A stretch of 64,000 nt of DNA from Raillietiella orientalis (Eukaryota). A program made the translations under genes and the position numbers. Positions 51,661 through 64,000 of the stretch are shown in pieces. Where the stretch lies: NCBI GenBank assembly GCA_036172245.1, contig JAYWIR010000036.1, positions 806,001 to 870,000 on the forward strand. The letters run 5' to 3'. The notes beneath the pieces are model-generated. The model searched no databases and was not told the origin of the DNA. It saw only the letters and a program-made list of their open reading frames with translations. The stretch's first letter is position 1. The number at the start of each line of letters is the position of its first letter.

Positions 51661-54600
51661 AGGCACCGCCATCGGCTGCTGCGTGACGTCAACCACCTCC
51701 GTGTGCGCTTACTAGTGGCGTCACTGTGACGTAACAGTGCTACCTATCTCTAGGCAGCAGCACCATTCACTGCAAGGTATCTTTGTGGAGCATTGTCACT
51801 TACGGTGGCATAAGGACAGATCAGCTGCATGATGTCATCTCAGGGGTACATATGAAGCAGGTGGTGTCAAAATCAGAATGCAGCGCCACACACCACGATC
51901 ATATGCGCTTCCTCACGCGCCCAGAGCTCTCTTATCGTGCGCATCATCATCTCAGTTGACCTCAACCTTTAGATGAGGTGAACCTCGAGCATCTACGCTT
52001 CATTACTTATTCAAGCGCAGTACCGCGCGAGCATCACACGGGCGTACCAACGAGTGACTATCATCCTCACAGTGGACGACTGCCTGTCTTCGGAATGCTG
52101 CGTGTTTCCCGATACTGTTGGGCAGCGACTTGTGCCATGGGTACGCCTCGACAGCACCGCTACCAATTGCTGATTCTTGTGGCTGGCGCAACCCTTGCGT
52201 ATGGTATCAGAGAAAGCCATCGAACCTTCTGCTTTTCGAGCAGCTCGCGGGTTTCCCCCTCTCTTGTTTTACCTAGTCCTTCATAGATGTCAGGACAGGT
52301 TAAGGCAACACAAATTCACGACGCCTGACGAAAGAAAAAGCACAGGGCAGACAGATTGCTTTCACGAGAAGAGAGGAAATGGTTCTCGAAAACACACGTT
52401 TGGAAACTGGCCGGGATCTTTCGCTAAAACTAGGATAATAGGGAAAGCAGGACCCGTTTTCCCGTCTTGCATTCCAGTTGGGTCGAATTGCTTAAGGCCC
52501 TTCAGACCCGGCTTTCCGGCGAAAACGTGATTCCCAAACTGCTGGCCATGTGCCGTTAGGATACCGTACGCAAAAGAACCGATTTTGTAGAAACCCTGTT
52601 CCGTACGAGAGAGGGAATCTCTCCATTTCGCAGAAGCGACTTACTGGTCTCTAGGTGAGCTGTGTTGGTCGCAAAAGCGCGCTCCTTTCAGCGCCGTGGC
52701 GCGCTTCGTCATGCCTGTGGCAGTGTCCCTTGAGCGTGTCCGTTTTCGTTCCCGGTTGTGCCGTCAGTTTCATGAGAAAGGGGCATGTCGACATTTTTCT
52801 TTGGGGGGGAGGTGTTCCTGTCCCCCTCCGAGAGTGGTAGGTAGCAGGGACGGAAATCTGCATGGCACCTCTGTATTGCTGCAGCAGCAGTCCACATCTC
52901 CGTGGTGTTCGCAACCCCCCTAGCAGCTCGAATCCCTCGCCTAGGAGAACCCTCAGGCAACCAGGGGCGAGAAAACTCCTGCCAGCACCAGCGGCGACCA
53001 TCCGCGAGAGCGCTTCAAGGCAGCGGAGGCCTGTTCACCCCTGCAGCGCAGCTCGCCGCTCGGCGGGACGCTGTGGTCACGCACGGCTCCGCTCCGGAGA
53101 CAGCCGCGCGCGCTCTCGCCCGCGAGGTCGCAGCGGAAGTCTCGGAATCCTCCCTCAACCAGCGTTCCCGTTCATCGCCTCCCCGCCGCGCGCGCTGCGG
53201 TCGTACGAGAGAGAGGCGGCCACCGCAGGGTGGTACGTGTGACCCGACCCATCGGAGCAGGTGCTCATGCAGCTCCGCGCCGCTGTGCAGCGTTCTTTCC
53301 TCCACCTCACGTGCGCGTACGGGATGCTTCGAGACGATTCATTTCGAGACGAGGAGGCGGCGAGCATCGCGCGTTCTCTCTCCCGGAAGGCGGAAGGGCA
53401 GCACGTCTCCGAGCAGCACGCCACTATCGCACCTGACGGGGCTGGAGGAGTCCACCCGCCCCACCCCCAACCCCTCTCCCTGCAAATCAGTACGGATAGC
53501 AAGAGGGAGGGGATTGCGGGGTGGTTGCATGGCGACCAGCGCCGCACGGAGGGACTGCTGGAGACGGGAAAAGGGCGCGCGCGCGCGAAAGCGTCGGCAG
53601 GGAGCGAGAGTTCTTCCCCGAGATTTGCAGTCCCGGGTTCGGTAGCAGGAGAGCAGGAGGAATTGGTCTGTCATGCGATGAGCGTGAAATCGAAACTTCC
53701 CCGAGACCCTCCGTCGTCGAGGTTCGACAGGAGGAGGAGAACAGGGGAGGAAAAGGGAGGGGGAAGTTGGGAGGGAGGGGGAGAAGAGAAGGGAGGAAGA
53801 AGAAGGTAGAAAGAGGGTGAGGAGGAGGAAGGAAGGAAGGTAGGAACCGATCGTGATGCCTCGTTCGTGAAACGATCTTCAAGAAAGGGCGATGCTTGAG
53901 CATGAAACAAGAGTCAGTGTTTTCCAAAGCCGGTGCAGATTAGGGAAAGGGGGGAAGGGAGAAGAGGAAAGAGAAAGAGAAGAAAAAAGGAAGAAAAAAA
54001 AAAGAAGGCCGAAAAGCAATTCGACCATTCAGCTGACAGAAATGCTGAAAGGCTCCGCACTCAAAGCCAAGCACGCAGCAAGTGCCGCACCTGTTTCGGG
54101 TGGGAAGTGGAGGGAGGGGGGAAGGGAAGGGGCCTTCAAAGGCGACAACACGATCGTCGCCTCCATCCTCCGTTATCGTGGATCTCCGTTACGTGGCTAT
54201 GAGCACGGGCAATATCATAGCCGAGGAGGGAAATTGAGGAGTGATTGCTGCTAGTTGAAAACATTACCCATCCTCCGTTACCGTGGAAACCCGACACGGG
54301 GCCGAACCGTCCGTCTCCTCCGCTTCTCGTAACCCCCGCACTCCGTCCTACCGGATCCTCCTCTGTCCGGCGTCCACCCGATGACGTGTCCGGATCCTTC
54401 GTCCGAGACTCCCCAGCTGCCGGAGCGAACGCTATTCCGGCGGGCAGTTCTCCGGGAAGACCCCGCAGCTGTTCTCGCCAACAGGAGCCCGAGCACCGCA
54501 CGAGCTTCAGACGGCAACGCGCTCTTTCGTGGCCAGAAAGAATGCGGTCCCCATGGCTGAGGGCCACGGCCCCCCTTTCGGTAAGAAGCACGGCGACAGG

Positions 54601-56739
54601 AGTGAACCGGGCCCAAGAGGCCAGGAAGAAACGGTGGCAACGGTGGCGACAACTGGCTGCCCGAGCCGGAGACTGTGCGGCTCGATGATTCCGCCAAACC
54701 CGGTGCTTCGGAAGGAGGGCGCCCTCGACGCGCCCCTTCGCCCGACAGGCGGCAGCGTGCGACCAAGGACGGTTGGCGCCTCCTTCCTTCTCGCTTGGCG
54801 GCATCGGCCCAAGCGGTGGGCCCTCTGACGACCGAGGGGTGAGAAGAGCAGCCTAGTCCGAGGGAATCCCCTCCTCCTCCCCTTCCCTTTCCTCTTCCTT
54901 CTCCCAAAAAGGAGGAGGAGGAGAAGAGGGAAGAAGCGCACGCCGTCTACGTGGACCGCTCCGCGGCGTACGCGGAGCATGGCGTTTCCTACCCCTCGTC
55001 GGTCACCAGACGGGAGGAGCAGACGGGCGAAATCTGAAGCAGGAGGAAGGCGACGCACCTGGCAGTTCCCTCCGCGCTTGCCAGACGCAGCACCGTCTCC
55101 CGGACCGGGTCGCTGGGAGCGCCCGCCGTCACCTGAGAAACTTCGCCGGCATCGCGATACCGGCGGAGAAGGCAGTGAAGGCGGTCGAAGGACAGCCCCA
55201 CTTCCGCACCACCCCCAACGTTCTGGGCGGCGTGTACCGAACCTTCCGTACGAGTGTCCGCAAGGTCGTCTGCACGATCTTCCGGATGGTGGGAGGGGGC
55301 AGGTCCACGTGGAGGACTTGCGTGGCGGATGAGGAACCGGGCGAGCTGGACGCCTCCCGAACGCGGCAGCACTCTCCTGCCCCCCTCGAGGGACGGGGCA
55401 GCCTGGATCCAACCCGAATCCGGCAACTTTGCGCCATGGGACGAGGACGAGGTGCGGCTCGCATCGCACTCGGATCGACCGGTCTCCTGAGAACCAGGCG
55501 AAGACAGTCAGCCGTGTTCGTCGAGCCCTGTGGCGATGCCCCCTCGCTGCCTGCGGCGTGGGGCGGCCGCTCGAAGGATGGCAGAGGCGTCCGTCCTCCG
55601 GCGGAACGCGGCGGGAGGGCGGTGCGCGCCGCTGCGGGTTCCCGCCCGCCCTCCGCCCTCCGATGCACCGCCTCCGCAGCCAAGACCGCCGCTTCCGCGT
55701 CGGAGGGATCGTTGCGAGAGGGCGGCGGAGCCGAGAGCGTTCTGACGGCGTCGGTGGCGTCCTCCCGCACCACGTGCGGAGCACGGGACCCACCGCGACC
55801 TCGCAACCTCCGAGACTTCTGGAGACTCCTGCAGAAAGCCGCGACACCAGAGCGCGCCACGCTCTTCCACGGCTCCTCCTCTCCCGTCTTCCTGCTTGCC
55901 GCGCGCACGCAAAGAGCACAGACCCCGCGGCTTTCGACTTCGCACTGCAGACAGGTGACGACGCCCGCCGCCTCGTCGCGACGGCAGACGCTGCTGCCGC
56001 TTGCGGCAAAACTTCGAACTGCCCTCTCCAATCTCTTTGCCTTTACGGGCGCTCGAGCGTTTCGTCCACATTCGTAAAAAGTTGGCCTTCCCTGGACTGC
56101 TGCACGCTGGCCCTTCCCCTCTCCCCTCGTATTCCCGCCGTTCTATCCGGGGAGAGGAGAACGAGCGAAACGCGTGAGGCATCTTAGCTCGGGAAGCTAA
56201 GATGCGAGGACGTGCGTCGTCCGCTCTTGACGATGGCCAACACTGCAGCCTCCCTCTTTGCGGAAAGGCCTGGGACAAGTGGTCCTTCGAATCGGTGGAA
56301 AGAGCGGGCAAAGCGGCCGACCCACTGATCACAGAGAAGGCAGCAACAGTGGATTGCGGCCGGTCTCCGTGGCAACGCTGAGCGGGAAACACTCAAGGCG
56401 GAAGCGAGAATTTGTTGACAAGAATAGCACCAGACAGTTTGGAAAGAAAATTGCTATTTTTGAATATGATAAATTTAGTCTGACTATGTTTAAACAGCCA
56501 TTAAAATACATTAGGTAATTGGAAAATTCGGCATTAATTAGTCATTAATTAATGGAATATGTTTATTTGATTCCTGATATTACAGGCAACAGTTATTATA
56601 CTATCGTGAGTTAGAGAGGAAATTTGCTTTGATTCATACGATAGAGCTCATAAATAATCTGTTCTGTAATATAGTAAGGAACATGTGAACTGAACAGGGA
56701 GATCAGAACTTTTTAAAAACAAAAATTCGTTTATAGAAC

Positions 56740-58700
56740 CTGTAGCTGCAAGAATCTACGAAACAGGGCTGCCAACGGATATTCCGATAAACCAAAGAGA
56801 TGTTCCGGCCTGCCCAATCTACCCGGCGAGGCCTTAGGCTTCGCTGAGGGCAGCCGTGCCGAACTGCCATCCGAACCGCGCAAGGTTCGTCCCGAAGGAT
56901 CTTGCGGTCGGTGGTGGTGAAAACGTGGGCTGCAGGCACCACCGGAGGTTGAAGAACTCGGGGGACTCCCTGGCCGGGACAGGCGACACAGAGCGAGGTA
57001 AACGCAGCAGCGACGCTGGGAGCACCTGGGCGGTGATGAGCCGAGTGCTCAAGGGCCTCCTTAGGAAAGGCTCGCGAAGCTCCTGAAGAACCGTCCACCG
57101 CCACCCGAAGGCGCACTCTTGGAGTTATAGGGGGTGACCCTGGACGGATCCACCTTATGAATCGCTTCTCGTTTCCTTCTCTGAAGAGAATTTCGAAGGG
57201 ACGCTTCCCCATTTCTCCGAAGGGCGCTCCCTGAAAAGAGCAGCTCGTGCTTCTGATACTCTGAAGAGCCAACCCCCCAGCTCCATGGCAACTGCTCCAT
57301 TTGCACCGCCGGAGAAATCCGAAGGGCTCCTCGATGTCCTGGAAGGACCCCGGAGAGTCTATTTCCAATCCCGGCCAGTCAGCGGTGGAATCCGGTGTCC
57401 ACCAGTGCAGAACTGGAAGCCCGTGGGCCAACCAGTGCCATCCTGAGGGGGCAACTCGAAACCCTGGACGCACCCTTCCGTTCTCGGCGTCAGCTCTTTG
57501 CCCCGAGCGAGATTCGAACCCATGATGTTTGGTACTGCGCGTGGAGGCTGCCGACTCCGCGCGGCCGCCAACGCAAGGCGAGCGCCCAGGAGGAATCCCG
57601 GCGTGATGGGCGTCGGCTGCGGGAGAAGCGCCCCAGGCACGGAAAAGAGGCCTCACGGAAGAAAGGAAATTGCCTCCGGCCCGCGCGCACGTTATCGCAG
57701 CATCCCTCGCTGCAGAGGAACAGGATCGGGCGAGGGCTGCGGAGCCACACCGGACCTCGGGACCTCCGCTCGACGGCTCGGGCGCGCAGAGTTCACCGAC
57801 GCGGAAGCCATTCGACCTCCTGCCTGAGGGGGCGGCGCTGACCACCGTGGGCCTGAGCAGAAGACGTGGCGGGTGAGAAGAGACTCCAGACCTCATCTTC
57901 AGCAAACTCGTCAGCAACGTTGGGCCGGCGCACGACCCAGATCAAGGAGTCCCACCTCGATAATCCAGGCGCTGCTTGGGGAGTCGTCAGTTCCCCGACA
58001 CCCCGGGAGTTGACGTCAGTCCAAGCAGCGCCCGACTCGGTCCGCACCCGAATTGAGACACAGTGCTCCAGGGCAAAGTCACGCCGGACGTCGCTGGCCC
58101 TTGCGAGTGCGGGCGGCGAATAGCGCCGGAAGGACCGAGTGAGCGACGGGGGCCGCAAGAGCAATCGTGGCGCGACCTCCGCGGTCCCGGCATCCCAGGG
58201 ACGATGCGCGTCATGCGCGGCATCCTCATGCCTGGGGCGGAGGGATGCAGTAAGCCTCTCCTCTCTTCGCACCTCTCTTTCCGTCATCACCGCCAACATC
58301 AGAACGCGGGAAGCTGGCGTCCCGAGTCCCCACAATTCCCGTGCCCCTTGAGCCGTCAGGTGGGGCCCCTTCAGTCCTTCGGTCTGGAGCACACGGAGCT
58401 GCCGTTCCTATGGAGGGAAAAATTCCGAGCTGGTGCGGCAGGAAGGCGAAGTTCCGGGTGTGGCGCCGAAACGAGCCAAGCGCACCCCCCTTTCTTCTCC
58501 GGGGCGGAGGGCAGTCGCTCTCCCGTCGTGAGGGGGGTCGTGGGGAGCGCAACCTGAATTCCGCGCGCCTGGAAGGTGGACGGGTGGAATACGGCGGTGT
58601 CTCCGGCAGGGAGCGCGCACCCCTGGTGCCAGTGGTCGGCCACGTGGCGGCGGGGCCCGTCGTCGGGAGCCGAGAGGCCGTGGCAGTCTCCCCAGACCCG
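56740..58700 (-). mobile_element. LINE family X: ORF2 C-terminal region, degenerate zinc finger, ~250 extra codons, and 3' tail
   Basis: AAWTDVNSRGVGELTTPQAAPGLSRWDSLI aligns with WTMGELADATTPSVQPRGLKRWAELL of the other copies; PLRQEVEWL aligns with PLRWQESAL. The extra region 57575-56834 is shared with 1-495 and 13.9-14.6 kb. gcctcgccgg tail motif directly after the stop at 56834. Confidence 0.6.
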
Positions 58701-59299
58701 CCTACGCGCTCTTGCTAGAGAAGGGGGGGAGGGATTGAACCGACCAGGAGGCAACCGGAGGGAGCTTGCTGAAAGGGTTCGGCCCTCTTTGCCTCCTTCC
58801 GGGAGCGGGTCGCGAAGCTCTGCCCCGTTTCCTCGGATACGCGACGCTCCCGAGCCCACGCAAGGACAGCGGGGTACATGAAAGCCCGGGGATCTAGCGG
58901 GGGTCGATGGATCAAAGCGACTGTCTGGAGCGACCAGTTGCCCTGGCTCCGACGAGGAGGAGGCTCCGCCGCGCTTCCGACACCGGTTTCCATGACGCCG
59001 CTTCCCTTTGCGGGAAATCCATTAGAATCTGATTATCCCTTGTTTCACGCTCCAGAAACTGATTGCCGCGATGATGGCAAACCGCGCCCGTTCGCAAAGT
59101 ACAGGATGCTCAGCGCAGAACAAAGGAACGACCGAGGTCCGCAAGCGCAAGAATATTGAAGCGATAAAGAGTTCAATCTTCGCTTTAATCTTCGCTTCCT
59201 TTGTATCTCACTACAGCATCGGCACATCTATCGCCACGAAAACCTTGTCACACCGTTTTCTTTCTTTCTTTCTTTCTGTTTCCTCTTCCCCCCCCCCCA

Positions 59300-62200
59300 T
59301 ACACAGCCAATCACAGTCTTTTGCAGAAGAATTCGGATGGACGGCGGAAAAAGCCAGCGAGCAGTTCCAACGAGCGCCTCCTCGCGCTCGCCTGCGCCTC
59401 TCAGCGGGCGCGAGGGACGAGCGCCAGCCCGCAGGTCTGTGCTCCCGAACACGGGCCTGCGAGCCGGCTGGCGCACCTGAGGCGCATCCCATTGTTCGGC
59501 GCCTTCAAGGACAGAAGAGGAGGAGGAGGAGGAGCAGCAGCAGCAGCCCGAACGCATCGGCACGGGTGGCGCTCGCCGGCGCCGCGTGGGTGCGCGAGTT
59601 CGACGGGCGGGGAGCGCCCTCACCCGAAAACCTGCTGCGCGCCCGCCCCCGCCGCAGCACTTGCTTCCCCGCGACCCCGGGCGCCTCCTGCCGTCCCTCC
59701 CCTCCCTTCCTCCCGAGGAGGGTGGCGGACACCCCCTGGTCCGGCGTTCGGCCTAGGTGGCCCGCGCTCGATCCCCTTCCGCCTCCGCTTCGTTCGGCAC
59801 TCCTCAGATTTCCTTCCTGCCCGGCTTTGAGGGAGGGCGCGCTTCCCTCACACGCAGGTCCTGCGCGCGGAGTGTCTCTTCGCACTTCACTTCGACCGCG
59901 CGTACTCATGCCAGGGTCACGTTTTTATCCAGTTGTTTGCTGCCGGGTTATCGGTTGGTATTCGTCCCGCATCTTTCCCTGCACCCAACCCAAGCGACAC
60001 GCGCAGCCGGAGAGCAGACGCACCCAATAAGCGACACGCACTGCGGATAACGCACAAGTATAAGAGCAAATCGTGCGGGATGGAAGGGATTTTCCGCTGG
60101 AGTGGAGAGCGGGGCAGCAACTGGCTTCTCGGCATGCTATGACGTCATTTCCCCTCACTTCTTCCCCTCCCCCCCCCCCTCTCCTCCTCCTCTTCCCTCC
60201 CTCCCGTTCAACGGTGGCGGAGGCTCCGGGCAGAGAAGCGCGCGCTCGCGCGGAGAGAGACCGACGGCCGCGACGCGGCCCTGGCCCGTTCGGATAGAAT
60301 TTTAGCCGGTGGGGTCCGTGGCCACCTTTTGTTCTGCAGCAAGAGCTCTCCGCGTTCCCGCCGCATCGCCAGCGAGGCCAACTTCCAGCTTACCCGTCGA
60401 GTCCGGCAGGTGGAGGAGCACCGGGCGGCAAAAATCCCGCGCTGCAACAGCACGCAAGAGCCACCGCGCGTGTGCAACCGTCTGGAAAAAAGAAAAAAAA
60501 AAAAAAAAAAAAAAAAAAAAGGTGCCTTCCCCACAGAGCTGCTCGCTGATCGGGATGGTTTCTTTGAGGTTTTGCGGAAGGGGCTGCTTAGCAACCCTGC
60601 CTCACTTCAAACGAGGCTCTCTGCATTTTCGATACCCAAAAAAGAAGAAGAAAAGGAAGCACGAAAGGCCTTGCTGCTGCTGCTGCTGCTGCAACCGCCC
60701 CTCCACTTCCATTTCCTTTCCTGGAGAGTTCCACGCCTCCCCTTCGTTTTCCCGTAGCGGTGGCAGCTGAGTCCTTGTAACGCGGAGATCAATCAGAGGT
60801 CCAACACGAGTCTGACCATCATCCTTGATGCGCTTCCGCACTGTGGGGTGGTGGAAGGACTTCCACCCACAGGAAAATCGGAGCTACCGAACCTTCGTGA
60901 GTGAAGACGGAGGATGGGAGGTATGGGGGGTGGGGATGCTGCAAAGATATCAGCAACGTCCGTAGCCATAATGATCGTGTTATATTTTAATCTCGCCTCG
61001 TTTCCTCGTCACCGTCGCCCGAAGAAGAGAGCCCCTACGGAGCATACACCGAGCAAGCGCTACGGTAATCGACTGAGCATTTTTTTTGGGGGGGGGGCGG
61101 ATCCTTCCCCCCCCCCCCTTCTTGCTTTTTTCTTTCTTTCCACCAATTCAGTTGTGATAATTGACCTTAAGGATGATTCTCAGCCGACTGTCTTGAAGCT
61201 GTTCCGGCACCGTCGATGGCAACCAGCTTGACTAAGGGGAACCTCCTCTCTCTCGGCCTGAAATTCACGCATACGTGAAGAAGCAAACTGTTGCCTGAAG
61301 AGTGAGCCGAGAGGTACGCACACCCTCGAGAGGGCACCTGGGGAAATCAAGGGCCGTCATGCGATGCTGATTCTTGCGTATTCGCCCCCCCACCCCCCGA
61401 TGAGATTAAAGGACAGCACGGGAAAGAAGAAAAAAACAAGCGATCGGCTCTGTTTCCATCATCTCCCCACTTTCTTTGCCCGCTTTTTCCCGCTGCAGCG
61501 CCAGCCAGCTCCACCCCTCCATCGTCAGCAGCTCCCGAGAGTCGGACCGATCGCCAGGTGCGCTGTCGACCTTTTTTTTGGCAACTCGCCTACACCTTTT
61601 TGTCTTTAGGGAGAGGAACGCGCGCGCGAGCACTGCGGAGCACGCGGGGGGGGGGGAGCGCGCGCGCACGCGCACAAAGGGACGCGCGACTCTTAAAGGC
61701 TAGGTAGGTCACGCGCGCGGGCGCCACGTCGGCGCAGGGGGCGCATCGTTCCCTCGGGTGCGGAAGCGGCAGCGCGCGCCGGGCCGCCGCCCCGCGGACG
61801 AAGCGAGAAGCTCGCCCCGCTTTTCCGAAAACTGGGGATTCGCGCGCGCGCGCGCTCCGCGGTCCTCGTTTCGCAACGCGGGAGGCAAAAATCTTGCGCA
61901 AATCCTCCTCCTCCTCCCCCTCCGTGTGCGTTTCCGCCCTGCCCCGTTGAAAATCGCGAGGATCGCTCGAGCCTGGCTGCCGCTGCCGTTCGGTGGCCGA
62001 ATTTTTCCCATCTCGGTACGTTCGACTGTGTAGCAGCTTCTCCTCTCCTTATACGGCAACGTAGGCAATAAAAGCTCTCTCCTCCTCCCCCTCCGGGCTT
62101 TTCGAAAAACTGCTTGCACTGCATCTCTTAGTTTGTTTGCTCTTTTTTTTTTTTTATTATTATTATCTCTGCTATCCTTGGCGCGCTGACACCGTGTACA

Positions 62201-63300
62201 GAGCGATTCACGAAAGCACAGGGGGGGGGGGAGGGGGGAAGGGGGAAGGAGAAAAAGAAAAATCACGCTCATTTTTTTTTTTTTTTTTTTTTCTTTTTCT
62301 TCTACTTCCTCCCCCTCCCCCCCCCTCGTATACCACCGCATCGCCTGATAGGAGTGGTCCACTGCTAAGCAAATAAAAAAAGAAATCGAAACGACTGCCA
62401 ATTCAATAATGCAATGATTCGTTGCCTGAGGTGTGCCTTTTGCTCACTTCAGTCGGATCGTTTGTGATGACCACACAGCCTGAGCTGCTGAAGCCAAGAC
62501 GTTCGTAGAAACGGAGCCGAGGAGTCGAACTGGGAGCTGCCGGGATCGCGTCTAGCAGAGGTTTATCAAGAAGCTCCAAGGATGCATGCCTCGCAAACAC
62601 GGAGGAATGCTATCACCGAGGATCATCTGGGATTCCAGATAACACTAGTAAGTGGAGTCCGAAAGATGAGAGTAGCGTAATTTTGGCAGGAGGAGGGGAG
62701 GGGGAAGAGAAGGAAAATTGAGTCTTAGGGGGTGTCGCGTTCCTTGCCCGAGAGAGAACAATGCCTCCTCCCCCCCCCCCGCCTCAACAATGCGCGCCAG
62801 GGCGGTTGCCGAGAAGCGCGGAAAGCGCTTTCGTGTGCGCCTTTTCCGTTCTCGCTCGCTCGCTTCTCCTCCTCCTCCTCCTCCTCTCCCCCCCCCCGTT
62901 CTTTTCTCCCCTCCTTCTTTCACCATGGAAACCAGCCGCGGTGGCTGGAAGAAGAAGCGAGGCAAAACCGTGCGGAGGAAAGGAAACGGACGGACAGAGG
63001 CGGCATGAGAACCGGCTAGCTGCTGCTGCGTTCCTCCCGGCGACGTGTCGGAAAATTTTGCGTTCACAGGAAGGGAACAAAAAACAAAATAGAAAAAAAA
63101 AGAGCGCAGGGAGGAGGAGGGGGGAGGGTGTAGTCTAACGAAGTGGACACCAAGAGTCCGGTCCGTAGTCCTTCCTTTTCCGCCAGCAGGAAAATTCGAA
63201 CCTTTCGGATTGATTTCTTTCTTTTTTTTCTTTTCTTTTTTTTTAGGGAGAGAAGGGGGAAAAGGGAAGGGTGGGCCAGCACCAGGGTCCGCGTCGTGGA
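59300..63300. other. CpG-rich, low-complexity region (CG dinucleotide runs, poly-A/T/G/C tracts, short GGA/CAG/CCT repeats); function unassigned
   Basis: Seen directly: cgcgcgcg runs at 61620-61860, A29-like tract near 60492-60520, (gga)n(gca)n at 59518-59546, (ctg)n at 60674-60691. Confidence 0.5.
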
Positions 63301-64000
63301 GCGTATTCGTTTCTCCAAGGGAGGAATCGTGTGGCAGACGTCGAGCGGCGCATCAAGTGACCCGACCGGGATGGCGGATAGGAATTCGCCTTCGGGCTGG
63401 AAGACCGACTGAGGTCGGGCCGCCGACGGGGCGCGAGCTGCGGTACTTGAAGAACCCCCCTTCGTCCGAGCATCGTACCGCCATTACCGGCCGGGAACTC
63501 CTTCGTTTCTCGTGCACCACCGGGGACCGCCGTCTCCAGAGAGCAGGAAGTGCGACCGTCGCTGCCGGCACCTGCCGTTCCCGAGTTGGAAACTCCCAAG
63601 CGCGGCGCCGCCTTGGGGAAGAGAGGATGCGCAGTCTCATTATTGGAAGGACACCGTGCGCGTGCTCGATTCCCGCTTCGGACGAGGAGACGCACTGCTA
63701 GATGGCGAAGGCAGTCGCATCCTCCTAGGGCATCATCGAGTCCTCCTCCTCTGTGTCGCGTTCGAGAAGTGAGGTTTCCAGGGCAGTGAGGTGGTCGCCA
63801 CTGGCTGCGAACCAGGTGCAGGCAGGGGTGCCTTCGATCGGTTGCTGCATCCTTCTTTGACTGCTTCCCGCTTCAGCGGTCGCCCTTGGGAAAACTCAGC
63901 GCTTTCGTCTTCCCGGAGTTCCCTCCCCCCCCCCCCACATCTTTCTTTGTTCTGTACCAGGTACGCGGAGTTGACCCGGCTGGTTCTGCTGAAATCCGCG

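Noticed and set aside
52398..52540. Imperfect long inverted repeat, MITE-like
   Set aside because: Pairing is patchy, with no clear terminal repeats, target-site duplication or second copy.
54507..56392. Long overlapping ORFs of 290-500 aa on both strands
   Set aside because: Arg/Pro/Gly/Ala-rich translations in several frames are expected from high GC content; no domain recognised.
57499..57578. tRNA-like sequence on minus (GGTTCGAATCTCGCTCGGGGCA with partial acceptor stem; similar A/B-box look at 425-490), suggesting a tRNA gene or SINE head
   Set aside because: No proper D or anticodon arms. Differences between the two copies follow a codon pattern (VGGR..GFE), so a decayed protein-coding origin explains it better. 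tRNAscan-SE would settle it.
60140..60147. Perfect CRE palindrome TGACGTCA
   Set aside because: Occurs several times in the window, including in an exon and in TE remnants; no associated transcription start known.
62403..62600. ORF containing RFYERLGF, like GNAT acetyltransferase motif B
   Set aside because: No motif A, no convincing splice sites or other exons; a short match can arise by chance.

Overview
Eukaryotic (invertebrate metazoan-like) genomic DNA, not prokaryotic; the ORF track is mostly noise because the real genes are split by introns. I reconstructed six spliced genes by hand. Two are tandem SSUH2/ssu-2-like paralogs on + (1505-15438 and 21328-29195). The other four are a G-protein alpha-i subunit (-, 29213-30702), DNAJB9/ERdj4 (-, 34230-35184), cereblon (+, 35653-37111) and ASF1 (-, 37150-38465). 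There is also a weak candidate small orphan gene (+, 38607-39180). Introns are mostly either tiny (37-59 nt) or multi-kb and filled with decayed retroelement pieces. The 28-38.5 kb block is very compact: two tail-to-tail gene pairs have only 17 and 38 nt between stop codons, and DNAJB9/CRBN share a 468-nt divergent promoter. From about 41.6 to 59 kb the window is a GC-rich pile-up of decayed L1/Tx1-like non-LTR retrotransposon fragments. Two features there stand out: (i) a conserved, covarying, structured 3' terminus with no poly(A); (ii) a LINE sub-family (at least 4 copies in the window) that carries about 250 extra codons of an unrecognised Trp-rich domain after the CCHC zinc finger. 59-64 kb is CpG-rich, low-complexity sequence that I cannot assign. 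All family assignments come from motif recognition by eye, with no database searches.
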